Positions 48,799 to 60,805 of a stretch of 64,000 nucleotides of DNA are shown here, piece after piece; positions within the stretch are counted from its first letter, which is position 1, and the number at the start of each line of letters is the position of its first letter. The notes beneath the pieces are model-generated. The model made no database searches. It had not been told where the DNA came from and saw only the letters and a list, made by a program, of their open reading frames with translations. The DNA comes from an uncultured Armatimonadetes bacterium (GTDB lineage Bacteria > Armatimonadota > UBA5829): contig CAVQDB010000005.1 of the NCBI GenBank assembly GCA_963711155.1, positions 899,298 through 963,297 on the forward strand, in the 5' to 3' direction. The translations under genes and the position numbers were made by a program.

Positions 48799-49824
48799 CT
48801 ATCTGACCGTGATAGTCTTGTCCTCATTCTCGCCCAAGACAAAACCCTTGCGCACCGAGCAAGTCTTCCATTCAGTGACGGGGCCGCGGCGGACTTGGAT
48901 CGAGAGATCGTAGGCGCCCGGCGGGAGAGTCATCGAGAACGAGCCGTCCGCCTGAACGCCCACGCCCTGGCCTCCGCCCTTGTGGTCGGCCTCGAACCAG
49001 ATCGCGTAGTCGGGGTAGCCGCCGGCCTGCGTAGACTGGCCCATGGGAACGTCGATGCCGTTGCGCTGCAGAAACGACTGCTGCACTTTGCCGCTGATCT
49101 TGGATCGATACACGAGCTTCACCACGATCGGCTGTGCATAGTTGTCCTGCGCGGCGATGAAGTCCGGACTGAGATTGTAGTCCCACGCACTCAGACGATC
49201 CTCGTCGAGCCGCATGCTGAACCCAGGTGTCACCTTGAGCTTGGCGAAAAGCGGGTCGTCGAGCAGCGCGGGCGCCTGAAGTGTCACTCTTCCAGCCTTG
49301 TCCGTAGTGCCGGATGCGGGCGCGGCCGCGAGTTCGGACAGTACCATCCCGTCGAAATAGCCAAAATACTCCATGTCCGGAATAGACTGCCTCAGGAACA
49401 CTTTGCGGTCGGCGAGCGGAGTGCCGTCCGAGAGGGTGAGCTTGAGAGTGATCACCGAGGTGGGCAGCTTTTCGAAGAGGGGCGTGAACGGCTCTGAGGC
49501 ATCCGCGCTGGCCATCTCGGCGGTCACGATCTTGCAGCCGGGGTAGTAGATGAGCAGCTTGACGGACTTCGTGGCCTCGCCGATCGCGGCCGTGAAGTCC
49601 GCCTCGCCCTTTTCCCTTCGCGCCTGCCCGAGTGTGAGCCCCTGCCCGTACTGAGCAGACAGCACAAGCATCCGATCCGCGTCGATTCCCGGCGGGACTT
49701 TGATGTGCAGGACCGGAGCGTCCTCAGCCAACGCGCCAACACAGAACGCAGCCATGCAAAGAAACAATATCGAACCAGCTGCCAGCAGCTTCACATTCGG
49801 GCCTCCTAGTGTGAGAGAGTCCAC
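48799..49824 (-). CDS. Secreted hypothetical protein (beta-rich)
   Basis: Intact 341-aa ORF with signal peptide 'LLAAGSILFLCMAAFCVGALA'. Confidence 0.55.
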   Translation of the reverse strand: MDSLTLGGPNVKLLAAGSILFLCMAAFCVGALAEDAPVLHIKVPPGIDADRMLVLSAQYGQGLTLGQARREKGEADFTAAIGEATKSVKLLIYYPGCKIVTAEMASADASEPFTPLFEKLPTSVITLKLTLSDGTPLADRKVFLRQSIPDMEYFGYFDGMVLSELAAAPASGTTDKAGRVTLQAPALLDDPLFAKLKVTPGFSMRLDEDRLSAWDYNLSPDFIAAQDNYAQPIVVKLVYRSKISGKVQQSFLQRNGIDVPMGQSTQAGGYPDYAIWFEADHKGGGQGVGVQADGSFSMTLPPGAYDLSIQVRRGPVTEWKTCSVRKGFVLGENEDKTITVR

Positions 49825-49879
49825 ACTGTTAGATGCCCCCAGAGCGCAATAGCTTCATGGAGTTTTGATCGCCGGCTCC

Positions 49880-51007
49880 CTACCGCGACAGGTTCGTCCA
49901 GATGACTGCTCGGTTGTTGGATGAGCCAACGATCGTGCCGGCGTTGTTGATGTCGAATGCCTGGCTCCAGTTGCTGCCGGCGGCCCAGGACTCCAATACC
50001 GCGCTGCGGATCACCTTCGTTCCCAGCACAGTACCCGGCTTGGGCTGCTCAGGCAGTTCGAGATAGCCGAGGTTGACGATCCCGGCCTTTGCGCTCCAAT
50101 AGAACGCGCGGCTCTCGGTGTGTGCGCCCGTTGACCAGCCCACGACCTCGGCGGAGTCGTTCATGCCGGCCGGCGCGCTGGACGCAACCGACGGCGGATT
50201 GCTGAAGGCGATAGATCTCGGAATGTCGGTCAGCATGCCGATGTCCGTGAGGCCCACCTTTGGGTCCCACAGAAACGCCGTACCGCTGCCCCACTCGTGA
50301 CCTGACTTGCCCGCGATCTGGCCGCGGTTGTTGATGGCGTAAGCACTGCTCTGGGGAAGATCGGCGCGCTTGCCCAGGTCGGTGACTGTGCCATCGAGCT
50401 CCCAGATCACGGCGTGGAGGTAGCCGTCGGAATCGTACGAACAGCCGGCCACGCGCCCTAAGTCGTCAATGGCGGTCGCCATGCTCTCGAACCGGCTCAG
50501 GGAGCCGAGGTCGGTCATGCCGGTGTCGGGCTTCCACAGAAACGCGTGGTATCTTCCTTGCTTGCGCGTGGAATGGCCGACAACCCAGCCTCTGCTGTTG
50601 ATCGCACTGGCTTCGCTGATGTCGCCGCCGAGCGTGCCGAGGTCCTTGATCGAGCCATCAGCCTCCCACAACACGGCATGCTTGTGTCTGTTGCCCACGC
50701 CAGCCGACCAGCCGACTGCCTGGCCGGCATTGTTGATGTCCATCGCCCATGCCACCGCATCGCCCGGCAGCACCGCCAGTTCCCTGATCGCGCCCTTGCA
50801 GTCCCAGACGACGGCGCGGTCGCACTTGCCCGCGTCGGACATGATCCCGGCGATTTCGCCATTGTTGTTGATCGCTCGCGCCCCTCGACCGCCCGTCGCG
50901 CCGGGCAGGCTCGGAAGCTCCTTGATGGTGTAGACGACCGCCCCGGCAGAGGTCGCCGCAAGGGCTAACAAGGCCATTGATGCCGCAAAAACGCGATACT
51001 TTCGCAC
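49880..51007 (-). CDS. HAF-family extracellular repeat protein
   Basis: Intact 375-aa ORF with a signal peptide. Repeated 'A.AINN.GQ.VG.S......HA.LW....G..DLG.L' units. Confidence 0.75.
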   Translation of the reverse strand: MRKYRVFAASMALLALAATSAGAVVYTIKELPSLPGATGGRGARAINNNGEIAGIMSDAGKCDRAVVWDCKGAIRELAVLPGDAVAWAMDINNAGQAVGWSAGVGNRHKHAVLWEADGSIKDLGTLGGDISEASAINSRGWVVGHSTRKQGRYHAFLWKPDTGMTDLGSLSRFESMATAIDDLGRVAGCSYDSDGYLHAVIWELDGTVTDLGKRADLPQSSAYAINNRGQIAGKSGHEWGSGTAFLWDPKVGLTDIGMLTDIPRSIAFSNPPSVASSAPAGMNDSAEVVGWSTGAHTESRAFYWSAKAGIVNLGYLELPEQPKPGTVLGTKVIRSAVLESWAAGSNWSQAFDINNAGTIVGSSNNRAVIWTNLSR

Positions 51008-51029
51008 TGCTCAACCTCCGTTCCCGGCA

Positions 51030-52875
51030 CTACAACTTGGTCGGGGTTCTGACAAGACCGCGGAAGCCAGAAGGCGACTCGGCCTTTGCCGGCGGGTCGC
51101 CGGGTTGCATTACCACTTCGACGGTATCCGTCCAATCCGCCGAACCCACGACCGGTAGTTCGAGTTGTTCGTCCTGATGGTAGCCTTCCCGCTTGACTGC
51201 CAGGGCGTGCCGGTCACCGTCGTAGAAACCCCCAAGCTCCACGCGGCCCGTTGCGTCCGTGGTGACTGGCGCGCTGGAGTGACCGAAACCATCGTGTACG
51301 ATCAGTGAGACAGCGGCGCGGCCCAGAGGACCCCCGCTCGCGCTCTTCACGACTACGGTCAGCTTGCGAGCGGGACGCGCTGTCACAGTCAGGTTTCCCT
51401 TCAGCAGGTCTTCCCGACTCGCTGCCTGATTCGCCCCCGATGCATGGCTCGGCCCATCTACGCGAACGGCGATCTGCCCCGGCTCGATGCCGTTCATGGT
51501 CGTAGCTCGCCTTGCCTGGCTCTTGCGGCGGAATGGGAATCTCGAACGCCCCGTGCTCGTCAGTCGAGCAGGACTGGTAGACTCCCGGCGCCTGTAGTTG
51601 CACCCGCGCTCGCGCGACCGGCTTGCCGGCCTCATCAACTACCCTTCCCCTGGCAACCTCGGCGCGCTTCACCCGAATATCGGCCCCTTTGAGACCTTTG
51701 GCAGGGACGTCAAGGCGGCCTTTGCCGAAACCGAAGTCTGGCAGGTATTGCGGGTTGCCGCCCCGGTAGCGGACGGTAACGTTTCCCGGCAGAACGCGGG
51801 CTTCGTAGACTCCTGAAGAATCCGCCTGTACCTCTATCCCTCTCGGCCTCGCCTTCCCCAGAACACTCACGCGCGCATTGCTTATTGGCTTGCCGGTGTC
51901 GGCATCCAGGACGCGCCCGCTGATGAATGTTCCGGCAGACGCGACCATATCAGGCACCCTGGCTGTCTGGCCGGCTTTGACGTCGATTTTGCTGATCGTT
52001 CGGGCCACCAGATCGGGCGGACCGACAAGAGACACATCGAACCTGTGCGTGCCCAGGCCTCGGATGGTATACGAGCCGTCGGCCTGAGTGGCTGCCTTGC
52101 CGGACCCCGCGATGAAGCCTCTGTTGATCAGGGCTCCCGGCTTGTCTCCCGGCTGGCTGTACGATGCGACTGCCTGCACGCTAGCCCCTGAGACCGGCTT
52201 CCCGTGCTCATCGACGACTCGGCCCGAGATGCTGCCGCCGGGGATCATGACGACAGTGCTGCCGAACGGCTGCGCCCGGCCCTTGTATGCGAGGCCCTCC
52301 TTCTCCGGCCGGACCGAGACAGGCACGAATTCCGGCACGCCATCAAGCTGATAGAACCCATCGGCATCCGTCGTCACGGGCTTCAGCGTGATCACCGTGC
52401 GCAGCGCCGCCCCGCTGAGATCGAGCGAGAGGTCCGTCGGGACGACGGTCGCGCCGGGCACGCCTGCGCCACTCTCGTCCACCACCCGACCCCTGACCGA
52501 GCCCAGCTTGTGCAGCGTGATCTTGTATGGGTGATCCGCGGGGAATGCAGTCCAGTAGTGAGCCCAGCCGAACAGGCCGTCCGCGGTGTCCGCGACGAAG
52601 TAGCAGCGCCACTCCCGGGCAGGCAAGTCCGAAGGTGACCATCGATCGGGAAGAGGCAGCTTTCGGAAACTGAATGAGCCATCGGCGCCGGACAACACCG
52701 TAAGCTCCACGGACGCTTGATCAACTTTGGGGTACTCCAGAATGGCTCGCACCCTCGCCCCCTCGACGGGCTTGCCGGACGCGTCAGCAACGGTCCCGTG
52801 CACGGTAACGGTGTTCGCCGCGCAGGCAACGGAACTGCACAACAGCGCCAGGACCAGCAGACGGATCGTATTCAC
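51030..52875 (-). CDS. Secreted multi-CarboxypepD_reg-like-domain protein, one frame break near ~51520
   Basis: Signal peptide 'LLVLALLCSSVACA'. Repeated 'V.G.V.D..GKPV.GA.V' beta-sandwich starts. ORFs 51214..52875 and 51030..51638. Confidence 0.65.
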
Positions 52876-52890
52876 GGATGGCCTCCTTAT

Positions 52891-53715
52891 TCAGCAGAAC
52901 GCGTTCAGCTTCTTCCCCACCCCGTGCGCCTCGGCGATCGCCCTCAGCCTCACGCCAAGGTTCGCGCAGTAGGCCTGGTATTCCTCTTCATCAAAGAAGA
53001 GACGGCGGTAGCCGTCGAGATGTTCCGGATGATAGCGTTTCAGAAACGGAACGAGCGAGTTCCAGACGCCGGGGCGGCGGTTGAGCTTGTCGGCGTGGAA
53101 GTGCGTGAGCGGAAGCGGCGCGACGGCGGAGATGAGCGCGTCGAGGGCATCGTCGGTATCGGACAGACCGGGCATGAACGGGCCGAGGAATGCTGATGCG
53201 GCGATGCCTCGGTTGCACGCCTCCTCCAGCGCGGCGATGCGCTCGCGAGTGGGCGACGCGCCCGGTTCGATACGGAAGCGAAGCTGCTCGTCCATCGTGG
53301 TCAGCGTGCAGGAGACGTCGCAGTTGGAGTGGCCCTGGAGTATGTCGAAGTCGCGCGTGACGAGCTTGCTCTTGGTGAGAATGCCGGGGTGGAATCCGGC
53401 CTCGATGAGGATGCGCAGGCACTGCCGCGTCAGCTTGTAGCGCATCTCGATGGGCTGATACGCGTCGCAGACCGAGCTTACGAAGACGTGACCGGGCGGC
53501 TTGCGTCTGACCTCTCGCGCCAGCACGTCGGCGGCATTGATCTTCACGTCGAGAAACTTGCCCCAGGGCTCTTCGTGGCCGGTGAAGCGCTTCATGAACC
53601 GCGCGTAGCAGTAGACGCAGCCGTGCGTGCAGCCGACGTAGCAGTTGACGGAGTAGTCGGTGATGCCCGACTTGCACAGGATCGACTTCGCCGGTATTTC
53701 GCGTGGGGAGGGCAT
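52891..53715 (-). CDS. Radical SAM protein of the SplB/DNA-photolyase-like (COG1533-type) family
   Basis: Intact 274-aa ORF with 'NCYVGCTHGCVYCYARF'. Confidence 0.7.
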   Translation of the reverse strand: MPSPREIPAKSILCKSGITDYSVNCYVGCTHGCVYCYARFMKRFTGHEEPWGKFLDVKINAADVLAREVRRKPPGHVFVSSVCDAYQPIEMRYKLTRQCLRILIEAGFHPGILTKSKLVTRDFDILQGHSNCDVSCTLTTMDEQLRFRIEPGASPTRERIAALEEACNRGIAASAFLGPFMPGLSDTDDALDALISAVAPLPLTHFHADKLNRRPGVWNSLVPFLKRYHPEHLDGYRRLFFDEEEYQAYCANLGVRLRAIAEAHGVGKKLNAFC

Positions 53716-53838
53716 GACTCGATTATATCACGGAAGGAAAAGAGCTTCGTCTTGTGCAAGATGGAACGCGGGGTTGGGTTAGATTCGTCTATCAAAGAGC
53801 AAGGGATTCTCAATCGCAGGGCACTCGTTGGAGGCAGT

Positions 53839-55000
53839 ATGGACGCAAGAGGTCGGATTCTGATAGGGACGTTGGTTCTGTTGGCAATGTGCGCGGTCTG
53901 TGCGCACGCGGAGCCGCCGGGGTTCGCGACCGATTTCACTTATACGCAGCGTGACGGCGCGGTGGACATACTGAAGGGCAGCACGGTCATCGCCAGCTAT
54001 GTCTACAAGGACACGCCGCGGCCGTATATCTATCCGCTGCTCTCGCCGAGCGGGCTGCAGGTCACGCGCAACTATCCCATGAAGACCGTCGCGGGCGAGC
54101 CCACGGATCACGCCCATCATCGTTCGATGTGGATCGGGTTCGGGAACGTCAACGGCATGGACTTCTGGGCCGACACGCGACAAGAGCGGGAAGATCGTTC
54201 AGACCAGCATCGACTTCAAGCCCATAACAGTCGGCCCCTACTGGGCGATCCACACCACCGACGACTGGGTCAAACCCGACGGCAATAAGATGTGCGAAGA
54301 CGAGCGCTACACCGCGTTCTACTCCTGCGACTACGGCACGCTGATCGTAGAGACGATCAAGATCACGGCTTCCCCGGGGCCGATCAAGTTCGGCGACACC
54401 AAGGAAGGCTTCGCGGCGATCAGAATGGCGCCCAGCCTCGCGCTCAAGGGCGGCACGGGACACATCCTGAACTCCGAAGGCGACAAGGACGACAAAGCCT
54501 GGGGCAAGCGCGCGAAGTGGGTCGACTACACCGGCCAGATGAACGGCAAGACCGTCGGCGTGACCATGTTCGACGCCCATACCAACTACGGCTATCCCAC
54601 CTACTGGCACGCCCGCGACTATGGCCTTCTCGCCGCGAATCCGTTCGGAGGCAAGGCGTTCACCGGCGATGCCAAGAACGAGGCGCCGCTGGAGGTCAAG
54701 ATGGGCGATTCCGTCCGCTTCCGCTATATCACGCTTATCCACGACGGCGCTATCGACGCCGCAACGCTCAACGCGCTCGCGGATGAGGTCGCCGGCAGCC
54801 CGAAGAAGCCTTATACGCCGCCTGCAGCCGACGGGAAGTCGAAGCCGACAGCGCCGGAACCGGCCGCAAGTCAGGTCGCGCCGGCCGCCGGCAATACCGG
54901 CAACACCGGCAGCCCTGGCAGCCCGAAGCCACCTGCGCACGGAGTCTTCCGCACCAATCCGAGCGCGCCCGCGCAACCCAGCGCATCCCCGGACAAGTAG
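53839..55000 (+). CDS. Secreted PmoA-family/DUF6807-like protein, one frame break near ~54185
   Basis: Signal peptide 'LIGTLVLLAMCAVCAHA', then 'PRPYIYPLLSPSG', 'HAHHRSMWIGFGNVNG.DFW', 'GDTKEG', 'WVDY' and 'HARDYGLLAANPFG'. ORFs 53329..54288 and 54290..55000. Confidence 0.65.
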
Positions 55001-55009
55001 GCATTATTG

Positions 55010-56356
55010 ATGACAGTAGAGCAGTTGGTGGATCAGCTTAACGACTTCTCGCCGCGCGCGCGCGTGTCGGGGTTGATGGAATTGGCCGCGCGGGTCGAGT
55101 GCGGCGAGATCGCCGCGCCGCCCACGAAGCAGGAGGTCAACCTCCACTTCCACACGTTCTTCTCCTACAACGCCTATGGCTGGTCGCCGTCACGGATCGC
55201 GTGGGAGGCGAAAAAGTACGGGCTTGGCGGTGGCGGGCATAGTCGATTTCGACGTGCTCGACGGCATGGAGGAGTTCCTCTGCGGCGGGGGAAGATCATC
55301 GGCCTCAAGACGACCGCCGCGATGGAGACGCGCGTGCTCATACCCGAGTACGCCGACAAGGTGATCAACTCCCAAACGAGCCCGGCATCTGCTATTTCAT
55401 GGCCGGCGGGTGCTTCAAGCAGCCCGCGATGATGGCACCGCACTCTGCGCAGATGCTGCGCAATCATGCGCGATATGGCGAGGCGGCGCAACGTTGGGGT
55501 GATGGAGCGGGTGAACGACTACCTGGACACCGTCCGCCTGGACTATGACACGGACGTGCTGCCGCTGACTCCGTCGGGCAACGCCACCGAAAGGCACATG
55601 CTCGCAGCTTATGACGCGAAGGCCAGGGCGGTCATCGGCGAACCCGGTGCTCGCGGCATTCTGGGCGAAGGCGCTGAGCATTGGCGGGACCGAGGCGGCT
55701 GCTCTGCTCGCCAACACGCCGGCTCTGCACGAGAAGATGCGCTCGAAGCTGATGAAGTTCGGCGGCGTGGGGTACGTCGCCGCCGGAGTTCCGAGACGTT
55801 CCCGACCGTCGACACGGTGATCGAGATGATCAAGGGCATCGACGCGCTGCCGACGATGACCTGGCTGGACGGGACCAGCCCGGGCGAATCCGATATGCCC
55901 GCGCTGCTGGGGCTGATGGTCGAGAAGGGCGTGGTCGCGCTCAATATCGTGCCCGACCGCAACTGGAACATCAAGAACGCCGACGAGAAGCGCGTCAAGG
56001 TCGAGAACCTGGGCAAGGTCATCGACGCGGCCAGAAAGCTGGACCTGCCGTTGTGCGTCGGCACCGAGCTCAACAAGCTGGGGCTGCCGTTTGTGGACGA
56101 CTTCTCCGCGCCCGAGCTTGCGCCGTACGTCGCGGACTTCATCGAGGGCGCCCACTTCTTCTGGGGACACACGTTCCTGGCGCGAAAGGCCGGCATTGGG
56201 TTCGCAAGCGACTGGGCGGACGCGCATTTCGGCACGGAGCGCGCCGCGGAGAACGCGTTCTACGCGGAAGTCGGCAGGCTGGCCGGTCCGAACGCCGAGA
56301 TCGATGGGATCGACCTCCCGAACGCATCGCCTCGCGAGATCATCCGCGCGTTGTAG
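55010..56356 (+). CDS. PHP-domain-like metal-dependent phosphoesterase, 3-4 frame breaks
   Basis: 'VNLHFHTFFSYNAYGWSPSRIAWEAKKYGL' followed after a frameshift by 'AVAGIVDFD'. The C-terminal part is in ORF 55466..56356. Confidence 0.5.
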
Positions 56357-56410
56357 GAGGGCTCTCCAGACCCCGAACGCACGGGGATTCGGGGTCTGGA
56401 AGCCCCTCCT
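56355..56410. terminator. Long hairpin between convergent genes
   Basis: AGGAGGGCTCTCCAGACCCCGAA-CGCACGGGGA-TTCGGGGTCTGGAAGCCCCTCCT. Confidence 0.65.
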
Positions 56411-56428
56411 ACGATCACGACATCCGGG

Positions 56429-57215
56429 CTAGTAGTACGCCACCTTCGTTATCTTGACCTTCACCGGAAGCCGGCCGGCGTTGATGTCGGAGATCGAGAG
56501 CCTCTGCCTGTTCCTGCTGGGCAAAGCCCGTGATCAGCGCCTCGCCCCCCGGAATCGACTGCTTGATGATCGGCGCCGAGACTAATCGGCCGTTGTAGAA
56601 TACCGCCAGATACTCCCCCGTATTGGCCTTGGTGAACGCGAAGAAAGCCTGGGCGCCCGTCTTGTCGAAGTGCACCCACACCGCCCAGCCGTCTCGCACC
56701 TGCCGAAGAGACGCGTTCGGCAGGATATCGCGGCCCGTGAGAATGGGTTTGGACTTGCCCAGGATCTCGTCGCGAAGCTCCGCGGGGTCCTTCCGGCTGT
56801 CTATCAGGCGCGCGTTCGGCCCGACGAACAGATACGGGCCGCCCCGCGCGGCTGGAACGGTGATCTTCCACGGGCGGTCAGGATGGCGCGGCGTGGCGAC
56901 GCTGGTGAGATGGTAGAGCTCGATGCTGTAGGACTGGATCAGCTTCTCCGCACGCGCTTTCGACACTCTCTTCCCAGGCAGCAGCAGAGTGAGCGAATAG
57001 CCTGTGTAGCTCTGGACCCTCGGCCCCCTCACATCGAGCACGTGGCGACCTCTGGCAACGAGGTACTTCGATATGGCCGCGAGCTGGTCGCGCCGGATGG
57101 GTTTGGGCGTATCGAACGCGACCGTGACCTTGGTGCCGTGCCTGGGTTCCAGCTCCGAGCATCCCTGCGCGAGAAGCGCGATCCCAACCAGGGCGGCAAT
57201 GATCCACTTTCCCAT
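56429..57215 (-). CDS. Lipoprotein with SecD P1-head-like domain, one frame break near ~56500
   Basis: Lipobox 'LLAQGCS'. 'LAVFYNGRLVSAPIIKQSIPGGEALITGF...AEAL' followed after a frameshift by 'SISDINAGRLPVKVKITKVAYY*', which resembles the SecD periplasmic head. Confidence 0.55.
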
Positions 57216-57293
57216 AGAGCATTTCTTCACGGACTTCAGGAGGTATTCCTGCAGGCGTGGAAGATATAGAGTAGCACTACTTGAGAGCGGCAC

Positions 57294-59406
57294 ATGCTGG
57301 ACCAGTTCGCCAATCCGCCCGAGCAGTATCGCCTCGCCCCGTTCTGGGTCTGGGGACGAGACGCCCGACCCCTCCGAGATCGACCGCCAGGTGCGCGAGA
57401 TGCACGCCAAGGGATTAGGCGGGTTCATCATCGACGGCAGGGTCGCCGGACGCGCCGACGACTCCGGCGAGGAGCTTCTCCGTCTGACCCGGCGCGCGGC
57501 GGACGTGGCGGAACGCCTCGGACTGCGCATCTATCAATACGACGAGCCGCCGCCATCGGAGAACCTGCCCGCAATGGTTGAGATCAAGCTCCGCACGTCG
57601 GCGGTTCACTGCGACGGCCGCATTCGCGCTCTCGCGCGGGCGCCTTACGCAGACGACTGGTCGCTCTCGATGGAAGCCATGAAGCGCGACGTTGATCGGC
57701 TCGGCGTGCCTCGGAGTGAACTTCTTCTGCCCAGACGCGTTCGACTACAGCTTATCCGGTCTGCAGGCGAACCAGCCGCGCTCGCAGTTCTACCAGGCGA
57801 CCTACTGGCGCGACTACAAGCACTTCGCCGACTACGCCGCAAGACTGAGTTACGTGCTCTCGCAGGGCAAGCACAAGCCGCAGGCCGCGCTGCTGCGACC
57901 GGGCAGTTTCTCTCGATTCGACTGGACAACGAGCTGATCGAGTGGCTGCAGGCGTACTGCGAGTGCCTGCTCGCCGAGCACGTCGACTTCGACATCATCG
58001 ACGAGCCGTCTCTTGCGCGGGCGACCATCGAGGACGAGCGGCTCGTGCTCGGCGAGGAGGGCTACGAGCTGCTGATACTGCCGCCGATGGCGTCCGTCGA
58101 CATGGCGGACGGCGGACAAGATCAAGGTGTTTGCCGACGAGGGCGGGAAGCTGATCGGCACGACGTCGCTGCCCGCAGAGGATGCGGCAGGTGATCGGCA
58201 CGCCGACGTGCGCGAGTCGTTCGCCATCGCGTTCGAGGAGGGCGGCCACGCGCATCTGCTGGAAATCAGCAGGCCGTCCGACCTCGCAGCGGCGCTCGAA
58301 CCGGCGCTGCGCGGGTCGATAAAGCGGAACGTATCGGTTCGCAGGGACAACACCGAGTGCCCGGACATCGCGTGCGTCCACCGGTCGGCCGAGAAGCTCG
58401 ACATATTCCTGCTGGCGAACTACTCCGACGATCCCCGCGAGGCGCGCGTTTCGGTCCGATGCGACGGCGCCCCGCACATGCTCAACCTCGAGACCGGCGA
58501 CTGCACCGCGCTTCCGAACTGCACCCAGCAGGGCAACAGGACCGTCCTGCTGCACCGCTTCGATCCGCACGGGTCGCTCGTGATGGTTTTCGTGAACGAG
58601 CCCGCGTTCGCGGTGCTGCCACCGATGGTCGAGCACGGGCAGGAGATCGCCGTTTCGGACGAGTGGGAGTTCGTGCCGGAGCAGCCCAATTGTCTAACTC
58701 TGCATGATTGGGCCATTAACACACTTATGCAGAACGACCGCGAAGCTGTTCGAGTACACCACATCGTTTGAGGCCGCGTTCACGCCGGAGCGCCTGCTGC
58801 TGGCGTTCCCGGAGAGTGATGGGTTCCGAGTGGGCGACCGGCTCAGGATGTTTGTGAATGACACGGAAGTACCGCCGACCGGCGAGTGGGCGGTCGATAT
58901 CAGTTTCAAGACCTTTGATGTGACGGCGCTTGCGCGCAAGGGGTCGAATACGGTTCGAATGGTTGTCGAGCGGGAGGGTTGGACCGGCGGCGCGGTCCCA
59001 TCTCCGGCAAGAGCGAAGCTGATGGGATCGTTTTCGCTTGGCAACGACCGCCCGACCCTGCAGCCGCCCCGAAACTCTCTGCGGAATGGCTCGTGGACCG
59101 ACCAGGGCTATCCCTACTACTCCGGCACGGCGGCGTATCGGCAGACCATATTCGTACCCGGAGTTCGCGCGCGGCCAGAGGATCATTCTGCGCGCCGACG
59201 AACCCGCGGATTCGGTCGAGTTCGTGGTCAACCGGAGGGTAGCCGGCCTCCGAGCCTGGGCGCCGTTTGAAGTTGACATCACGGCCCTGGTCACACCCGG
59301 CGCGAACGCGATCGAACTGCGCGTCACGAACAGCCTGGCGAACATGATGTCGGCCGAACCGCGGCCGTCCGGGCTCATTGCCGGCGCAACAGCATTCCTC
59401 GCGTAG
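57294..59406 (+). CDS. Glycosyl-hydrolase-like protein with C-terminal jelly-roll sugar-binding domain, at least 5 frame breaks
   Basis: 'FANPPEQYRLAPFWVW' N-terminus. C-terminal 'YSGTAAYRQTIFVP...IILRADEPADSVEFVVNRRVAG...ANAIELRVTNSLANMM'. Pieces lie in ORFs 57294.., 57073.., 57692.., 58127.., 58704.. and 59038..59406. Confidence 0.5.
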
Positions 59407-59600
59407 GAGCCCTCTTCAGACGACGACCGGCGGCAGTGTCGCGGTCGGAGACCCGCTGCTCCACGCCTGCTTGTCACATTGTTTACCTGGTTTGGCCACA
59501 GGGTAGTAACATGCCGAGAAAGCTGCCCAGGCCGCGCGCCACTCAGGGAGCAGTGCGCGCTGGGGCTTTCGCGCATACTATCCGGGAGGGGTGACCAGTT

Positions 59601-60685
59601 ATGAACAAGAGGAGCCGAGCAGCAATTGCTCTAGCGGTAGTGATGGCGCTGACGCTGGCGCTGTCGGCGGTGGTGTTTGCGGCGCGCACGAGCGCCGCGA
59701 AGCCGAGGTGCCGGGAAGATGCCCACCGCGCGCGCGTCATCCACTACCAGCGACGCCTGGATCTATACGAGCAAGTTCCAGACGTCCACGCCCAAACACA
59801 TCACCGGCTCGATCCAGTTATCCGCGGTCAAGGCCGCGAGAGTCTCTCAGGACCGGGCGGACGTCGTGGCGAAGTTCAAGTGGAACAACGCCAACTACAC
59901 AGTCCGCGTGATGTGTCCGTATCCGGTTGCCGGCCAGGACTTCCCCGGGCACGGCGCTGTCCAGTTCATGCGGCCAGTGCTCGGACCGACCGACCTCGGA
60001 ACGCTCGGTCTGCCGGAAACCCACGCGCACGTGGCGGTCTACGGCCGGGCAACGATCAGCAGAAACGGCAGGATGCTCGTCGACGAATCAGCCGACAATC
60101 GCTATGGTAACGCAGGCGATCCACGGCTCGGATCACCAGTTGCTTTCCTCGCCCACCCAGAACCGCAATGAGATCCAGTTGATCGTGCCGGGGCCGCTCG
60201 ACGGTCAGAAGTTCGTCAAGCCGTTTCCGAACGGCTACTTCTACATTTATTGGCCGGACGTCAAGCTCACGATGAGCGGCAACATGAAGCCGACGCCGAT
60301 GGTAAGCACGACCCCGTCGAAGATCGGTAGAGGCCCGGTCGCTCCCAGTCTCGGAACCCAGTCGCCACGCGGCACGGTCGAGATCTCGCTAACGAACACC
60401 GGAATCAAGAAGACGGTGGGCACCGCGCCGAGCGGGCTGTATGACGTCGCGATCACGAACAACTCGTCGCGGCGTCGAGGGCTGGAGTTGACCGGCGCCG
60501 ACCTGTGCTGCACGTTCTACACCCGGTTCTCGACGCTCATGGGACCGGGCGGGCATCAGACGTTCAGATGGTACTTCGCCCCCGGCAAGGTCGTGCTCAA
60601 GGACTTCCTGAGTGGAAGAAAGACGAGGACGTCATACGCCAATGTGAAGTACGGCGGCCATTCGTCCTCGATAGTGTTTGAGTAG
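59601..60685 (+). CDS. Secreted hypothetical protein, 2 frame breaks
   Basis: GGGAGGGG SD and signal peptide 'AAIALAVVMALTLALSAVVFA'. Pieces lie in ORFs 59601.., 59677.. and 59927..60685. Confidence 0.5.
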
Positions 60686-60693
60686 GAAGAAGT

Positions 60694-60798
60694 CGCTTGT
60701 TTCGGGATTTCGGATATGCGCGGCGGCAGGGCTTTCCACTGCGCCCAGAGCCAAGTGGTAGGCCGGCCATTGTGGACGTCCGAAATCCCGAAACAGCG
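60694..60798. repeat. MITE-like palindromic element, copy 1 (~105 bp, 20-bp terminal inverted repeats)
   Basis: CGCTTGTTTCGGGATTTCGGA...TCCGAAATCCCGAAACAGCG. The interior aligns with the reverse complement of copy 2. Confidence 0.85.
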
Positions 60799-60805
60799 TT
60801 TGCGG

